Source: a virus (lineage: Duplodnaviria > Caudoviricetes). Taken from it: 64,000 nt of DNA. Shown in pieces: positions 50,565 through 58,368 of the stretch. The notes under the pieces were generated by a model that had not been told where the DNA came from, searched no databases, and saw only the letters and a program-made list of their open reading frames with translations. How positions within the stretch are numbered: the first letter of the stretch is position 1; the number at the start of each line of letters is the position of its first letter. The stretch is taken from the IMG/VR virus record IMGVR_UViG_3300009424_000011, positions 32,805 to 96,804 of that record; one strand, 5' to 3'. A program made the position numbers and the translations under genes.

Positions 50565-50608
50565 AACCTAACAGAATGTTCCACCACTGTCAAGTAATAA
50601 TGTCGGTG
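50565..50608 (-). promoter_or_regulatory. promoter upstream of the structured leader and portal
   Basis: CACCGACATT-ATTAC-TTGACA-N17-TAGGTT. Confidence 0.65.
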
Positions 50609-51114
50609 ATTCCGAAGCGGCGCTCCAACCGGTTCCATACATCCAGACGCTCCAGCACCGGGTTGCACCATTCAGTCAGGATGCAGTAGTTCCGGTTCTG
50701 GGGTGGTTTGTGGTGCCGGGCATGTGTTGGGATAGACTGGATGACACCAGTTTGTTGAATGACCTTGATCCAACCGGTGGACTTCTTGTGAGTCCAGTAG
50801 TGGACCTCGTTCTGCAACATCCCACCGGCGTAGGCAAACAGGAGAACAACAGACGGTCCGAACGCCAAGAGCCACAAACCGGCGGCTACACTGGCCGCCA
50901 CAAAGGTCGTCGAGTTGCGGTTGAAGAAACCATGAGCGGTGAACGCCAGCGGGTCAGCGTGGTGAACCCGGTTCGGGGCCCAGACTGACTTCTCCAGCCA
51001 ATCCCAGCGCGGCCGGGCAACCCTATCGAGATACCAATGAACAAAACCGCCCAGCAGATCAGCGATGATCCAGCCGACGACAGCTTGCCCGAGAAGGATG
51101 AAGAAGGTTTCCAT
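50590..51114 (-). CDS. CarF/TMEM189/FAD4-family membrane lipid desaturase
   Basis: ADLLGGFVHWYLD, RVHHADP, NEVHYWTH, THARHH and NYCILTEWCNPVLE histidine boxes; TM helices. Confidence 0.8.
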   Translation of the reverse strand: METFFILLGQAVVGWIIADLLGGFVHWYLDRVARPRWDWLEKSVWAPNRVHHADPLAFTAHGFFNRNSTTFVAASVAAGLWLLAFGPSVVLLFAYAGGMLQNEVHYWTHKKSTGWIKVIQQTGVIQSIPTHARHHKPPQNRNYCILTEWCNPVLERLDVWNRLERRFGITDIIT

Positions 51115-51117
51115 GGT

Positions 51118-51285
51118 TTAATATCCGCGTGGCTTCTTACCGAAGAGCATCCACGGCACACCGACCGGGACATCCTTGGTGATGATGTCTCGTCCTGCTT
51201 CCATCCAGCCAACGTAGACCATCGCCGGAAGGAACCAGATCGGAAGGGTGAGCAAGAGGAGAGTGACTTGCCAACGAGGTCTCAT
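51118..51285 (-). CDS. small membrane protein
   Basis: MRPRWQVTLLLLTLPIWFLPAMVYVGW...; GGAG RBS. Confidence 0.55.
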   Translation of the reverse strand: MRPRWQVTLLLLTLPIWFLPAMVYVGWMEAGRDIITKDVPVGVPWMLFGKKPRGY

Positions 51286-51286
51286 A

Positions 51287-51817
51287 TTATTTCTCCAGCT
51301 TCTCTTTCCACTTGAGGACCCAAGCGGCGTTCGCCTCATACTTGCGTTGGGCGTAGGGCACCTTCTTGAGCATCCCGGCTTTGATCCGGTCGAGGGTCCA
51401 ACCCTTGAACTGCTTGTAGTAAGTGAGAGAGCCGGCTTCCATGTTGAAGCGCTCTTCGAAATCGACACCATAGGCCCGATGCGCTGCGACAGCTTCGCAG
51501 GTCTTACCCCGAAGCTCCATCTCACGGGTGACCGGCGTCAGGTAGATCGGGCTGGCGATCCCCAGCAGAACGGACAAGAACATCCAAAAACCCAACTCGA
51601 CGTTCGAGGGGAAATCGATGAGCAGATAACCAGCGCCTCCCACCAAGACGGGGATCATCAACATGATCGGAACGATGAACTGCCACTCCACCACTTCTTG
51701 CAGCAAGGTGGCCGCTCCGCTGACAGCCTTGCGCCAGATTTTGATCCGGAACAGATTGTGATTGGCGTTCGCGCCGCCGGGGCGGCTCTCGGTTACGAAG
51801 ATGGGTGGGTGAAACAT
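51287..51817 (-). CDS. membrane protein, hypothetical
   Basis: Two TM segments; AAGGA RBS. Confidence 0.6.
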   Translation of the reverse strand: MFHPPIFVTESRPGGANANHNLFRIKIWRKAVSGAATLLQEVVEWQFIVPIMLMIPVLVGGAGYLLIDFPSNVELGFWMFLSVLLGIASPIYLTPVTREMELRGKTCEAVAAHRAYGVDFEERFNMEAGSLTYYKQFKGWTLDRIKAGMLKKVPYAQRKYEANAAWVLKWKEKLEK

Positions 51818-52006
51818 GGGATTTCCTTGAGGTGGATGCCGGCGGCATTGTTAATGTGTGGGAAAGGTTCTTGACGTAGGGGAATTGTTGAGATACCGAC
51901 GAAGAGATCGGTTACCCGATTCCGATCGTCCGAAGCCCGCCATACCCCCGGCCGGCTTTGTCTGTGGGTGCGGCCGCCCCCAAGAACCGCCGCACCCACC
52001 TTTTTC

Positions 52007-52828
52007 TTACTCCTCGTAGAGGCTCAGAACGTCATCGATCACCTCGTGACGCACAATGTCCTTGCGACCAAGACGCACGACGCCGATGCGGCTGTGACGC
52101 AGCCGGGGCGTCTCTTCGTCCTCATCACTCGCAACGATCGATCCGGGAATGGCCGCCTCGAAACGCGTCCGTGCTTCCTTTTCCTCGATCCGGCGGATCA
52201 CGTCGGCGAGACCCGACTGGCCGTGCGGTCGGTCGTGCTGTTCGATGTCGCCCGTGATGACCATCCGCGAGCCCGAGCCGATACGCGTCATCAGCATCTT
52301 CATCTGCTCGATCGTGCAGTTCTGGGCTTCGTCGGCGATCACGATCGCGTTCTTCAAGGTGCGGCCACGCATGATGGCAAGGGGAGCGATTTCGATCTCC
52401 TCGCGGTCCAGCATCTGCTCGACCTCATACTTGGTATAGAACTCCTTGAAGATGTCGAGGAGCGGGATGCACCATGGTGCCACCTTCTCCATCACGCCGC
52501 CCGGCAGAGTGCCAAGCTCTTCACCACCAGCACCGACCATGGGACGCGTGATGATGATCTTGGTGCAATCGCCTCGGCGGAACTTGATGATGGCATCGAG
52601 AACAGCGGCGTAGGTCTTACCGGTGCCGGCCGGGCCGACGGCGAAAAGAATGTCGTGGTGGTTCTGGGTAAGCTTGCGGATGTAACCTTTCTGACCGGGG
52701 GTCTGCGCTTTCAGGACTGGGACCGGCTTGGGCGGCTGCCGGCTGGCTGCGACCTTCTCGGCGACGTGAACAGGATCGGTGGGAAAGAAAATCTGCTTCT
52801 TCTTGTGGGCCACGGGTATTGGGTCCAA
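52007..52828 (-). CDS. phoH: PhoH-family ATPase
   Basis: GPAGTGKT, IIITRP, LGTLPG...EK..PW, MRGRTL, IADEAQN, TRIG and GDIEQHD. The start may be GTG at 52813. Confidence 0.92.
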   Translation of the reverse strand: MDPIPVAHKKKQIFFPTDPVHVAEKVAASRQPPKPVPVLKAQTPGQKGYIRKLTQNHHDILFAVGPAGTGKTYAAVLDAIIKFRRGDCTKIIITRPMVGAGGEELGTLPGGVMEKVAPWCIPLLDIFKEFYTKYEVEQMLDREEIEIAPLAIMRGRTLKNAIVIADEAQNCTIEQMKMLMTRIGSGSRMVITGDIEQHDRPHGQSGLADVIRRIEEKEARTRFEAAIPGSIVASDEDEETPRLRHSRIGVVRLGRKDIVRHEVIDDVLSLYEE

Positions 52829-52927
52829 TCATTTTGGTGGGGAAGATAGGCATCCGTCAGGAAGACACCACTGCATCACAGCTAAGGTGCATCACTGTCA
52901 CGTAATAATGGCGGTGTATCGCCATCG

Positions 52928-53305
52928 GGGTCCCCCGGCGATGGGTCCCCCTCCTTTGGGTCCCCCGGTGGGTCGCAAAAATACATATCATCACGACGGC
53001 TATTACCGGATCGTCATGTCACCATTTTGGTCGGTTTGCCGGTTCGCCGGTTTGCCGAGATGGGAGTGATGAGGGGATCAAAGCTTTAGTGGGCGTGATG
53101 AAAAAATATATAATATACGGGTGGTTTTGTTGGGAGTTGGGCGTGATGGGAGGGTCGTTGGGTCCCCCTCCACTTGCTGCATGATCTTAGTTGACCATGG
53201 ACAGGGATACTAGCACAGCTATATGAGAATGTCTACCTGTTTTGATTCATGTAGGAGCTAAGAGGGCCGATTTTTTCAGGTGGGGGTAAACCCCTTTGGG
53301 TCCCC
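52928..53305. repeat. five GGGTCCCC motifs in a non-coding boundary region
   Basis: At 52928, 52943, 52958, 53160 and 53298. Confidence 0.7.
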
Positions 53306-53361
53306 TAGGGGGTCAAATTTTTTCGCAAAGGAACGAATCGATTCGATTCGCACGCGAATCG

Positions 53362-53393
53362 GAAGGGCGAGTCGATCACTCGACTCGCCCTTC
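53362..53393. terminator. perfect 14-bp hairpin ending the cassette array
   Basis: GAAGGGCGAGTCGA-TCAC-TCGACTCGCCCTTC. Confidence 0.6.
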
Positions 53394-53421
53394 GTTTAGG
53401 TTAACGTTTGTTAAGGTGGGC

Positions 53422-53694
53422 TTATTCGCCCGCTTTCCAGCGGGCGATTTCAGCGGCACGGCGTGCCTCAAAGCCGGGGGTGGGGTAGGGGCTGCGGCCA
53501 TGGGTGAAGCTGCTGTCAGCGCGCTCCACACGGCCGCTAGTGCTAAGGCGGCGCTCCATGTCAGCCTTCATGACTTCGCAGCGGCCATACTTGCCGTATG
53601 CGCGGGCATGGGCCTGCTGTTCGGTGGTTGCCGACACGGTGCCGACAAGGACCTTGTTCTTGTAAACGCGGAAGGTGGGGATCAGGTTGGTCAT
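53422..53694 (-). CDS. early hypothetical protein
   Basis: GGAGA RBS; N-terminus paralogous to 58152-58256. Confidence 0.7.
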   Translation of the reverse strand: MTNLIPTFRVYKNKVLVGTVSATTEQQAHARAYGKYGRCEVMKADMERRLSTSGRVERADSSFTHGRSPYPTPGFEARRAAEIARWKAGE

Positions 53695-53700
53695 GTTGTT

Positions 53701-54059
53701 TCTCCGTTCGCTTTCGATGTCCCTTTATCGCAGGGATTCGTTACCAAATCAATAACAAAATGAATTATTTTGTTAGTTTGTTTTTCCACTACTTAGAACG
53801 TGGCGGGCACTTCTACGCAATGAGTCATTTGGTTGACGATACGCAAGCCCGAGTCGTTACCACGTCCACAAGCTACCATGCCGAGCCCGTAGTCTGCCCC
53901 AGCGCGGGTTTCATAGCTACCAAGGCATTCGCTGTTGTTTGCGGTGTCAATGATCTTGAACATGGTCTTGTCTCCGTTCGCTTTCGATGTCCCTTTATCG
54001 CAGGGATTCGTTACCAAATCAATAACAAAATGAATTAGTTTGTGAGTTTGTTTTTCCAC
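53701..54059. repeat. 89-bp direct repeat (53701-53789 and 53971-54059) containing promoter and RBS
   Basis: First 67 bp identical; 2 mismatches overall. Confidence 0.9.
53793..53963 (-). CDS. early hypothetical protein (56 aa)
   Basis: MFKIIDTANNSECLGSYETRAG...; GGAGA RBS. Confidence 0.65.
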   Translation of the reverse strand: MFKIIDTANNSECLGSYETRAGADYGLGMVACGRGNDSGLRIVNQMTHCVEVPATF

Positions 54060-54061
54060 CT

Positions 54062-54187
54062 CGTGCGCGCCTAGGCAGGCACGCGCACACATGCACACAC
54101 ACACGCAGGCGCGCACACCCGCAGGCGCACGCGCCCGCACAGGCGCACGCACAGGCGCACACGCACGCACGCGCACACGCACGCATA
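54062..54187. repeat. alternating purine-pyrimidine (GCAC/GCGC/CACA) low-complexity tract
   Basis: GCACGCGCACACATGCACACACACACGCAGGCGCGCAC... Confidence 0.85.
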
Positions 54188-54257
54188 CCTAAAATGACCT
54201 TGATCCATAGCAGCCGAGAGCCGCGCACACAGCCTAGGCCGGGCAGGACAGAGTAGG

Positions 54258-54413
54258 TTAGGGTAGGGTGTCTAGGGTAGCCGTGGCGCTGGCAAGGGTG
54301 CTGCTGATAAGGTCGCTCGCACACAGGCCCACATAGAGCGCCAGTCCTGCACCATAGAGGCGCACAGCGAACCCCGAAATAAGGCCCCCGATAATCGCTT
54401 CCATGGTGATCAT
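54258..54413 (-). CDS. small hydrophobic early protein (51 aa, not in the ORF track)
   Basis: MITMEAIIGGLISGFAVRLYGAGLALYVGLCASDL...; GGAGA RBS; own promoter module. Confidence 0.6.
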   Translation of the reverse strand: MITMEAIIGGLISGFAVRLYGAGLALYVGLCASDLISSTLASATATLDTLP

Positions 54414-54551
54414 GTCATTTCTCCGTTTGCGGTGATTCGGTTTTTCCAGAAAAGGCCGATTCGGTCAAGCACTTTTTCCAGAAAATCCCGATTTTTAGGG
54501 TTAACGAATTTCGCCGTTTTATTAAGGTTAACCAGAGATTACCGCCAAAGA

Positions 54552-54580
54552 AAAAGCCCGATTCGGCGAATCGGGCTTTT
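54552..54580 (-). terminator. intrinsic terminator
   Basis: AAAAGCCCGATTCG-G-CGAATCGGGCTTTT; the stem itself contains GANTC sites. Confidence 0.75.
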
Positions 54581-54586
54581 CCGGGA

Positions 54587-54862
54587 TCAGGCTTCCGGGG
54601 CTTTCACCGGATAGGCCCGAATCATCGGGCACAAACGGCCCTCGGCATTTTCCGGGTAAAATTCGGTTCGCACCAGATCGGCGACCTTATCGGCAGCTTC
54701 CCAGCTTTCAGCGCTGAAACGAATCGTTTTCGGCTGATTCGACCAGCCGAAGTGATAGGCGAGTCGGGGATTGTGAAGGCCGCACTTTTTCGCGGCGGCA
54801 AGCAGTTTTTCCGGATTCTGCCCGTCGCTGATGCCCGAGCCTGTCAGTTCGAATCTTTCCAT
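54587..54862 (-). CDS. early hypothetical protein
   Basis: GGAG RBS; own promoter module. Confidence 0.7.
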   Translation of the reverse strand: MERFELTGSGISDGQNPEKLLAAAKKCGLHNPRLAYHFGWSNQPKTIRFSAESWEAADKVADLVRTEFYPENAEGRLCPMIRAYPVKAPEA

Positions 54863-55050
54863 GGTCTGGCTCCGTTTCCAGTGATTCGGGTCTAAACGCG
54901 CCAGCCGATTCGGTCAAGCACTTTTTCCACTTTGATGGTTAACGATTTCGGCCGATCGGTTAAGGTTAACCTGAATTTACGATTTTGGAGCCCGGCCCCT
55001 TTTCTCAGTGAATTAGGGTCCCGGCCCCTGTTGTCAGGGGCCGGTTCCTG

Positions 55051-55248
55051 TCAGGCCATCAATTCGGCGAGTAATTCATCATCGCTCAGCTTGTCAGTCC
55101 CAGACTCGGCGTTCATCCGGGCGATTTCTGCGAAACAAGCCTTGCGGTGGGCGCGGGCCTTGCGCTTGGCGGCAGGCGTTCCGAATGCAAGGATCATGTC
55201 GCAAAGGTCGAGGTCGGCGGCCATTGCTTGTTCGGTGGAATTGCTCAT
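55051..55248 (-). CDS. early hypothetical protein
   Basis: GGAGACAGACC-ATG; own promoter module. Confidence 0.7.
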   Translation of the reverse strand: MSNSTEQAMAADLDLCDMILAFGTPAAKRKARAHRKACFAEIARMNAESGTDKLSDDELLAELMA

Positions 55249-55404
55249 GGTCTGTCTCCGTTTCCAGTGATTCGGGTCTAAACATACCAGCCGATTCGGT
55301 CAAGCATTTTTTCCACTTTGATGGTTAACGAATTTAACCGTTTTGTTAACCTTAACACCCGGTTACCAGACAAAGAAAAGGGCGGGATTTCTCCCGCCCC
55401 TTTC

Positions 55405-55599
55405 TCAGATGATCCGGCGTCCGGTCTGTTGGATTTCCCGGCCATGTGCGGTGAAGCGCGGGCCGGTGTATTCGGTTGGGTTGGGGATATGCTTGCTTGC
55501 CTGTTCGGCGGCGTGAGCGGCGAGTTCGGCGCGGGCCTTGATGATTGCCACGGTGGCGGTGATCAGGAAGGCGATTGCGAGGATCAGGATGGTGGTCAT
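55405..55599 (-). CDS. early single-TM protein
   Basis: MTTILILAIAFLITATVAIIK...; GGAGA RBS. Confidence 0.65.
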   Translation of the reverse strand: MTTILILAIAFLITATVAIIKARAELAAHAAEQASKHIPNPTEYTGPRFTAHGREIQQTGRRII

Positions 55600-55666
55600 T
55601 TGCTTGTCTCCGTTTCGATGATTCGTTTTCGCATAGTCCATCGATTCGGTCAAGCACTTTTTCCAC

Positions 55667-55867
55667 CTAATAGACATATTCCTGATGAAAATCGCCGTTT
55701 TCGTCCGTCCAGTCTTGGCGAATATCGACGTGCAATTCTTCGATCTCGTCCGGCTCATAATGGCCGCGCTGATAGGCGAATGCCTCCCGCAAGGTGAGAA
55801 AGTGGGTGATGTCTTTTTCGCCTTCATATCCGGCGTTTTCCACGATAACGAATCGGCGGTCTGTCAT
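55667..55867 (-). CDS. early hypothetical acidic protein
   Basis: GGAGG RBS; coupled to the upstream gene. Confidence 0.65.
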   Translation of the reverse strand: MTDRRFVIVENAGYEGEKDITHFLTLREAFAYQRGHYEPDEIEELHVDIRQDWTDENGDFHQEYVY

Positions 55868-56028
55868 TGATCTTCCTCCCGGCGGATGGTCTGGCGGCGC
55901 TCTTCCATCTTACCTTGTGCGATGATGTCAGCCACGCATTGATTGACGTGGCGGCGGCGCTCTTCGCCCATGCGGCGTTGAACGATTGCCCGGTCGCGCT
56001 TGTGGCGATATTCTGCCAGCGTTTCCAT
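55864..56028 (-). CDS. early basic hypothetical protein
   Basis: METLAEYRHKRDRAIVQRR...; TAATG overlap. Confidence 0.55.
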   Translation of the reverse strand: METLAEYRHKRDRAIVQRRMGEERRRHVNQCVADIIAQGKMEERRQTIRREEDQ

Positions 56029-56270
56029 TAGCGGCGATTCTTGCGATAGCGGTGGGGATACTGGCGGCGCAAGTTTGCGTCGTCGTGCAGCGCCAGCATC
56101 GACAAGGCGGGCAGGCAAAGCCCGCACATAGCAAGGGCGTTAAAGAGCATCTGGGTGACGGTCCGGGCCTCAGGGGCGAGCGGGGTTAGGTCAATGTTCG
56201 CTGTCATGTAGAAAGCACCATAACCAGCTAAAAGGCCGAGGGCCATAAGGGTTGCAGAAAGAAAACGCAT
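56028..56270 (-). CDS. early two-TM membrane protein
   Basis: GGAGACAGACC-ATG; two hydrophobic helices. Confidence 0.65.
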   Translation of the reverse strand: MRFLSATLMALGLLAGYGAFYMTANIDLTPLAPEARTVTQMLFNALAMCGLCLPALSMLALHDDANLRRQYPHRYRKNRR

Positions 56271-56393
56271 GGTCTGTCTCCGTTGTTTGTGATTCGGGTC
56301 TAAGGTGATTCGCTGATTCGGTCAAGCACTTTTTCCAGCTAATTGGTTAACTAATTCGGCTGATCTGTTAACCTTAACACTGGGTTAAGGCCA

Positions 56394-56418
56394 AAAGAAA
56401 AGGGGCCGAAGCCCCTCC
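56394..56418 (-). terminator. recurrent terminator AGGGGC-TTCG-GCCCCT-(C/T)TTT (similar copies near 57321, 58131, 59290, 62291, 63611)
   Basis: UUCG hairpin (UUUG in the 62291 copy) plus U tract on the - strand. Confidence 0.8.
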
Positions 56419-56420
56419 CC

Positions 56421-56633
56421 TTATGCTGCCCGGTAGTGTTGCAGGCGAGTGATCCGAAGCCCCTGCTGTCCCGAGCGATCCAGCGACTTACGCCAGCCAG
56501 CAAACTCTTCGCTTGTGATGTTGTGCAGGCTGCAAACGTCTTCGAGGGTGGTGGTGCCGTTGTCCACATCGGCGATGATGGCGGCTTTGCGCTTTGCGGT
56601 GTAGCGAGCGGTGGTCTTGATCTTGATCTTCAT
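56421..56633 (-). CDS. sciP: SciP / DUF1153-family CtrA inhibitor homologue
   Basis: RYTAKRKAAIIADVDNGTTTLEDVCSLHNITSEEFAGWRKSLDRSGQQGLRITRLQHYR matches the DUF1153 pattern RW..RRKA.VV.AV..G......AC..Y.L..EEF..W...I.R.G..GLR.TR.Q.YR (recalled, not searched). Confidence 0.8.
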   Translation of the reverse strand: MKIKIKTTARYTAKRKAAIIADVDNGTTTLEDVCSLHNITSEEFAGWRKSLDRSGQQGLRITRLQHYRAA

Positions 56634-56753
56634 TGTGTGTCTCCGTTGCTGTTGATTCGTTTCTAGGATGGTTAACTGATTCGGTCAAGCACTTTTTCCA
56701 CTTTATTCTTAATTCGCGTTAACCTTAACAAATTCATCAATTCCGTTAAGGAA

Positions 56754-56972
56754 TTAGCGCTTTCGCGCCAATCCCCTCGCGGTCAGGGCTGCTGCCAGCC
56801 GAGTCCAGTCGTCAACGGTGTTGTGCCAAGGGCCGATGTTGAGAGCCCGAATCATGTTGTTGAAAGGCACGGTGCCGACTTGGCGGACGTAGTTTGCGGC
56901 TTGGCGATCAATTTCCTCCTCCGAGGCTCCAGCCGCGATTGCCTTGGCGATGGCATCTTTCTTGCTGATCAT
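56754..56972 (-). CDS. early hypothetical protein
   Basis: ATGA overlap; GGAG RBS. Confidence 0.65.
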   Translation of the reverse strand: MISKKDAIAKAIAAGASEEEIDRQAANYVRQVGTVPFNNMIRALNIGPWHNTVDDWTRLAAALTARGLARKR

Positions 56973-57130
56973 GCCGCGATCTCCACGATGATGAACGTGA
57001 CGGGCCCAGCATAGGCCACGGAAAGGATTTCTTCGCCTTCCACTGCCAGCACGTTTGCGGCGATGAAAGCGGCGTTGATGTGATTGGCTTCGACCTTGTA
57101 GGTCCGCAGGGTGGTCTTGACTTCGAACAT
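56969..57130 (-). CDS. early hypothetical protein (53 aa, not in the ORF track)
   Basis: MFEVKTTLRTYKVEANHINAAFIAA...; AGGAGA RBS. Confidence 0.6.
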   Translation of the reverse strand: MFEVKTTLRTYKVEANHINAAFIAANVLAVEGEEILSVAYAGPVTFIIVEIAA

Positions 57131-57337
57131 AGCCTGTCTCCTGTGTGAGTTACCGGGCGAGCCTTGCTGCTGCTCTGCCAGTCAGTAGGTGCCGCCCGGT
57201 GATTCGGGTCTAGGGCGATTCGCTGATTCGTGCAAGAACTTTTTCCACTTCAATTTCACTTTGATGGTTAACAACTTCGCCCGATCGGTTAACCTTAACG
57301 TGGGGTTACCGGGCAAAAAGAGAGGGGCCGAAGCCCC

Positions 57338-57682
57338 TCATTTCCAGCGCGGATGCGATCCGGGATCGACTCCAAGTTCTTCCATGATGAGGCGGCGAAT
57401 CCTGCTGTGTTCCGCATTCATCACCATGGAAAAATGAACGCCTGACACGTCGTCGCAGTCCCTGCCGCCGCGTAACGCTATTGCAATGTGATCAAGCCCC
57501 TTGAGAGCCCACCAGAGATGCATAAGAGCATCTTCCATGTCGAAGGGGTCCGACTTCTCTCCGGTCTCTTTCTCGCGCTCTTTGAGGCGACAGAATTGCG
57601 AAGCGGCTATGCCGATGATGCGAGCAGCAAAGGGCTCGATCTGGGCCGAGTCGAAAGTCACGGGGCGGATGCGGTCGCTCAT
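57338..57682 (-). CDS. early hypothetical protein
   Basis: Coupled ORF ending at a terminator. Confidence 0.65.
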   Translation of the reverse strand: MSDRIRPVTFDSAQIEPFAARIIGIAASQFCRLKEREKETGEKSDPFDMEDALMHLWWALKGLDHIAIALRGGRDCDDVSGVHFSMVMNAEHSRIRRLIMEELGVDPGSHPRWK

Positions 57683-57861
57683 GCTGCCATGCTCCAGCGG
57701 TCGCGCTCATACAGACGGGCGATTTCCTCAGCGCCCGAGCGGGTCGAGTCGCATCCGAGCCAATCACCACAGAAGCGGGCAACCCATTGCTGCGTCGCAC
57801 GTCCGCACCATTCGAGGCGCACGCTATAGCGGGAGTCGAGGGTGTTGCGAGCGCGGCTCAT
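57679..57861 (-). CDS. early hypothetical protein
   Basis: ATGA overlap; YSVRLEWCG...WVARFCGDWLG. Confidence 0.6.
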   Translation of the reverse strand: MSRARNTLDSRYSVRLEWCGRATQQWVARFCGDWLGCDSTRSGAEEIARLYERDRWSMAA

Positions 57862-57989
57862 GCCGCCACTCCCCGATGCTTGGGGTTGCGGCGGAAAGAG
57901 CCCTTGCCTTTACGAGCGCGAACCTTGCGAGGGGCGAGGTGAGCGCTGGCGAGCGAGGCGGCAATGGGATTCTTGCGGATGTTTTGCAT
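57858..57989 (-). CDS. arfA: ArfA-like alternative ribosome-rescue factor (43 aa, not in the ORF track)
   Basis: MQNIRKNPIAASLASAHLAPRKVRARKGKGSFRRNPKHRGVAA; N.I.A.L...R.....KGKGS(Y/F).R..KH with ArfA spacing; GGAGA RBS; first gene behind a promoter module. Confidence 0.7.
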   Translation of the reverse strand: MQNIRKNPIAASLASAHLAPRKVRARKGKGSFRRNPKHRGVAA

Positions 57990-58151
57990 GATCTGTCTCC
58001 GATTGATGATTCGTTTTCGCACGAGTCACCGATTCGGTCAAGCACTTTTTCCACTTTGATAGTTAACCCCAAACGTCAATTTGTTAACCATATTCGTTAA
58101 GGTTAACAAATTTCACCGGGCAAAAAGAAAGAGGGGCCGAAGCCCCTCCCC

Positions 58152-58256
58152 TCAAACCTTGGCCTTAGCGCGCTGGCGCGCTTGCCGGTAAGACACCGCC
58201 GAGATGATCCCGGAAAAGGTGTTGTTGATGTAAACGTGGTAGGTGTTGATCTGCAT
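58152..58256 (-). CDS. 34-aa early peptide (not in the ORF track)
   Basis: MQINTYHVYINNTFSGIISAVSYRQARQRAKAKV; GGAGG RBS; own promoter and terminator. Confidence 0.6.
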   Translation of the reverse strand: MQINTYHVYINNTFSGIISAVSYRQARQRAKAKV

Positions 58257-58368
58257 GACTGCCTCCGTTGCTGTTGATTCGTTTCTAGGCGAACCAACCG
58301 ATTCGGTCAAGCACTTTTTCCACTAATTACAAAAAAAAAAGTTTGGTGAGGGACCTAAGCCCCTCGCC

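Noticed and set aside
53793-54182. 129-aa ORF beginning MRVRVRACAPVRA
   Set aside because: The N-terminal part is a translation of the purine-pyrimidine tract and promoter repeat. The real start is the RBS-preceded ATG at 53963.
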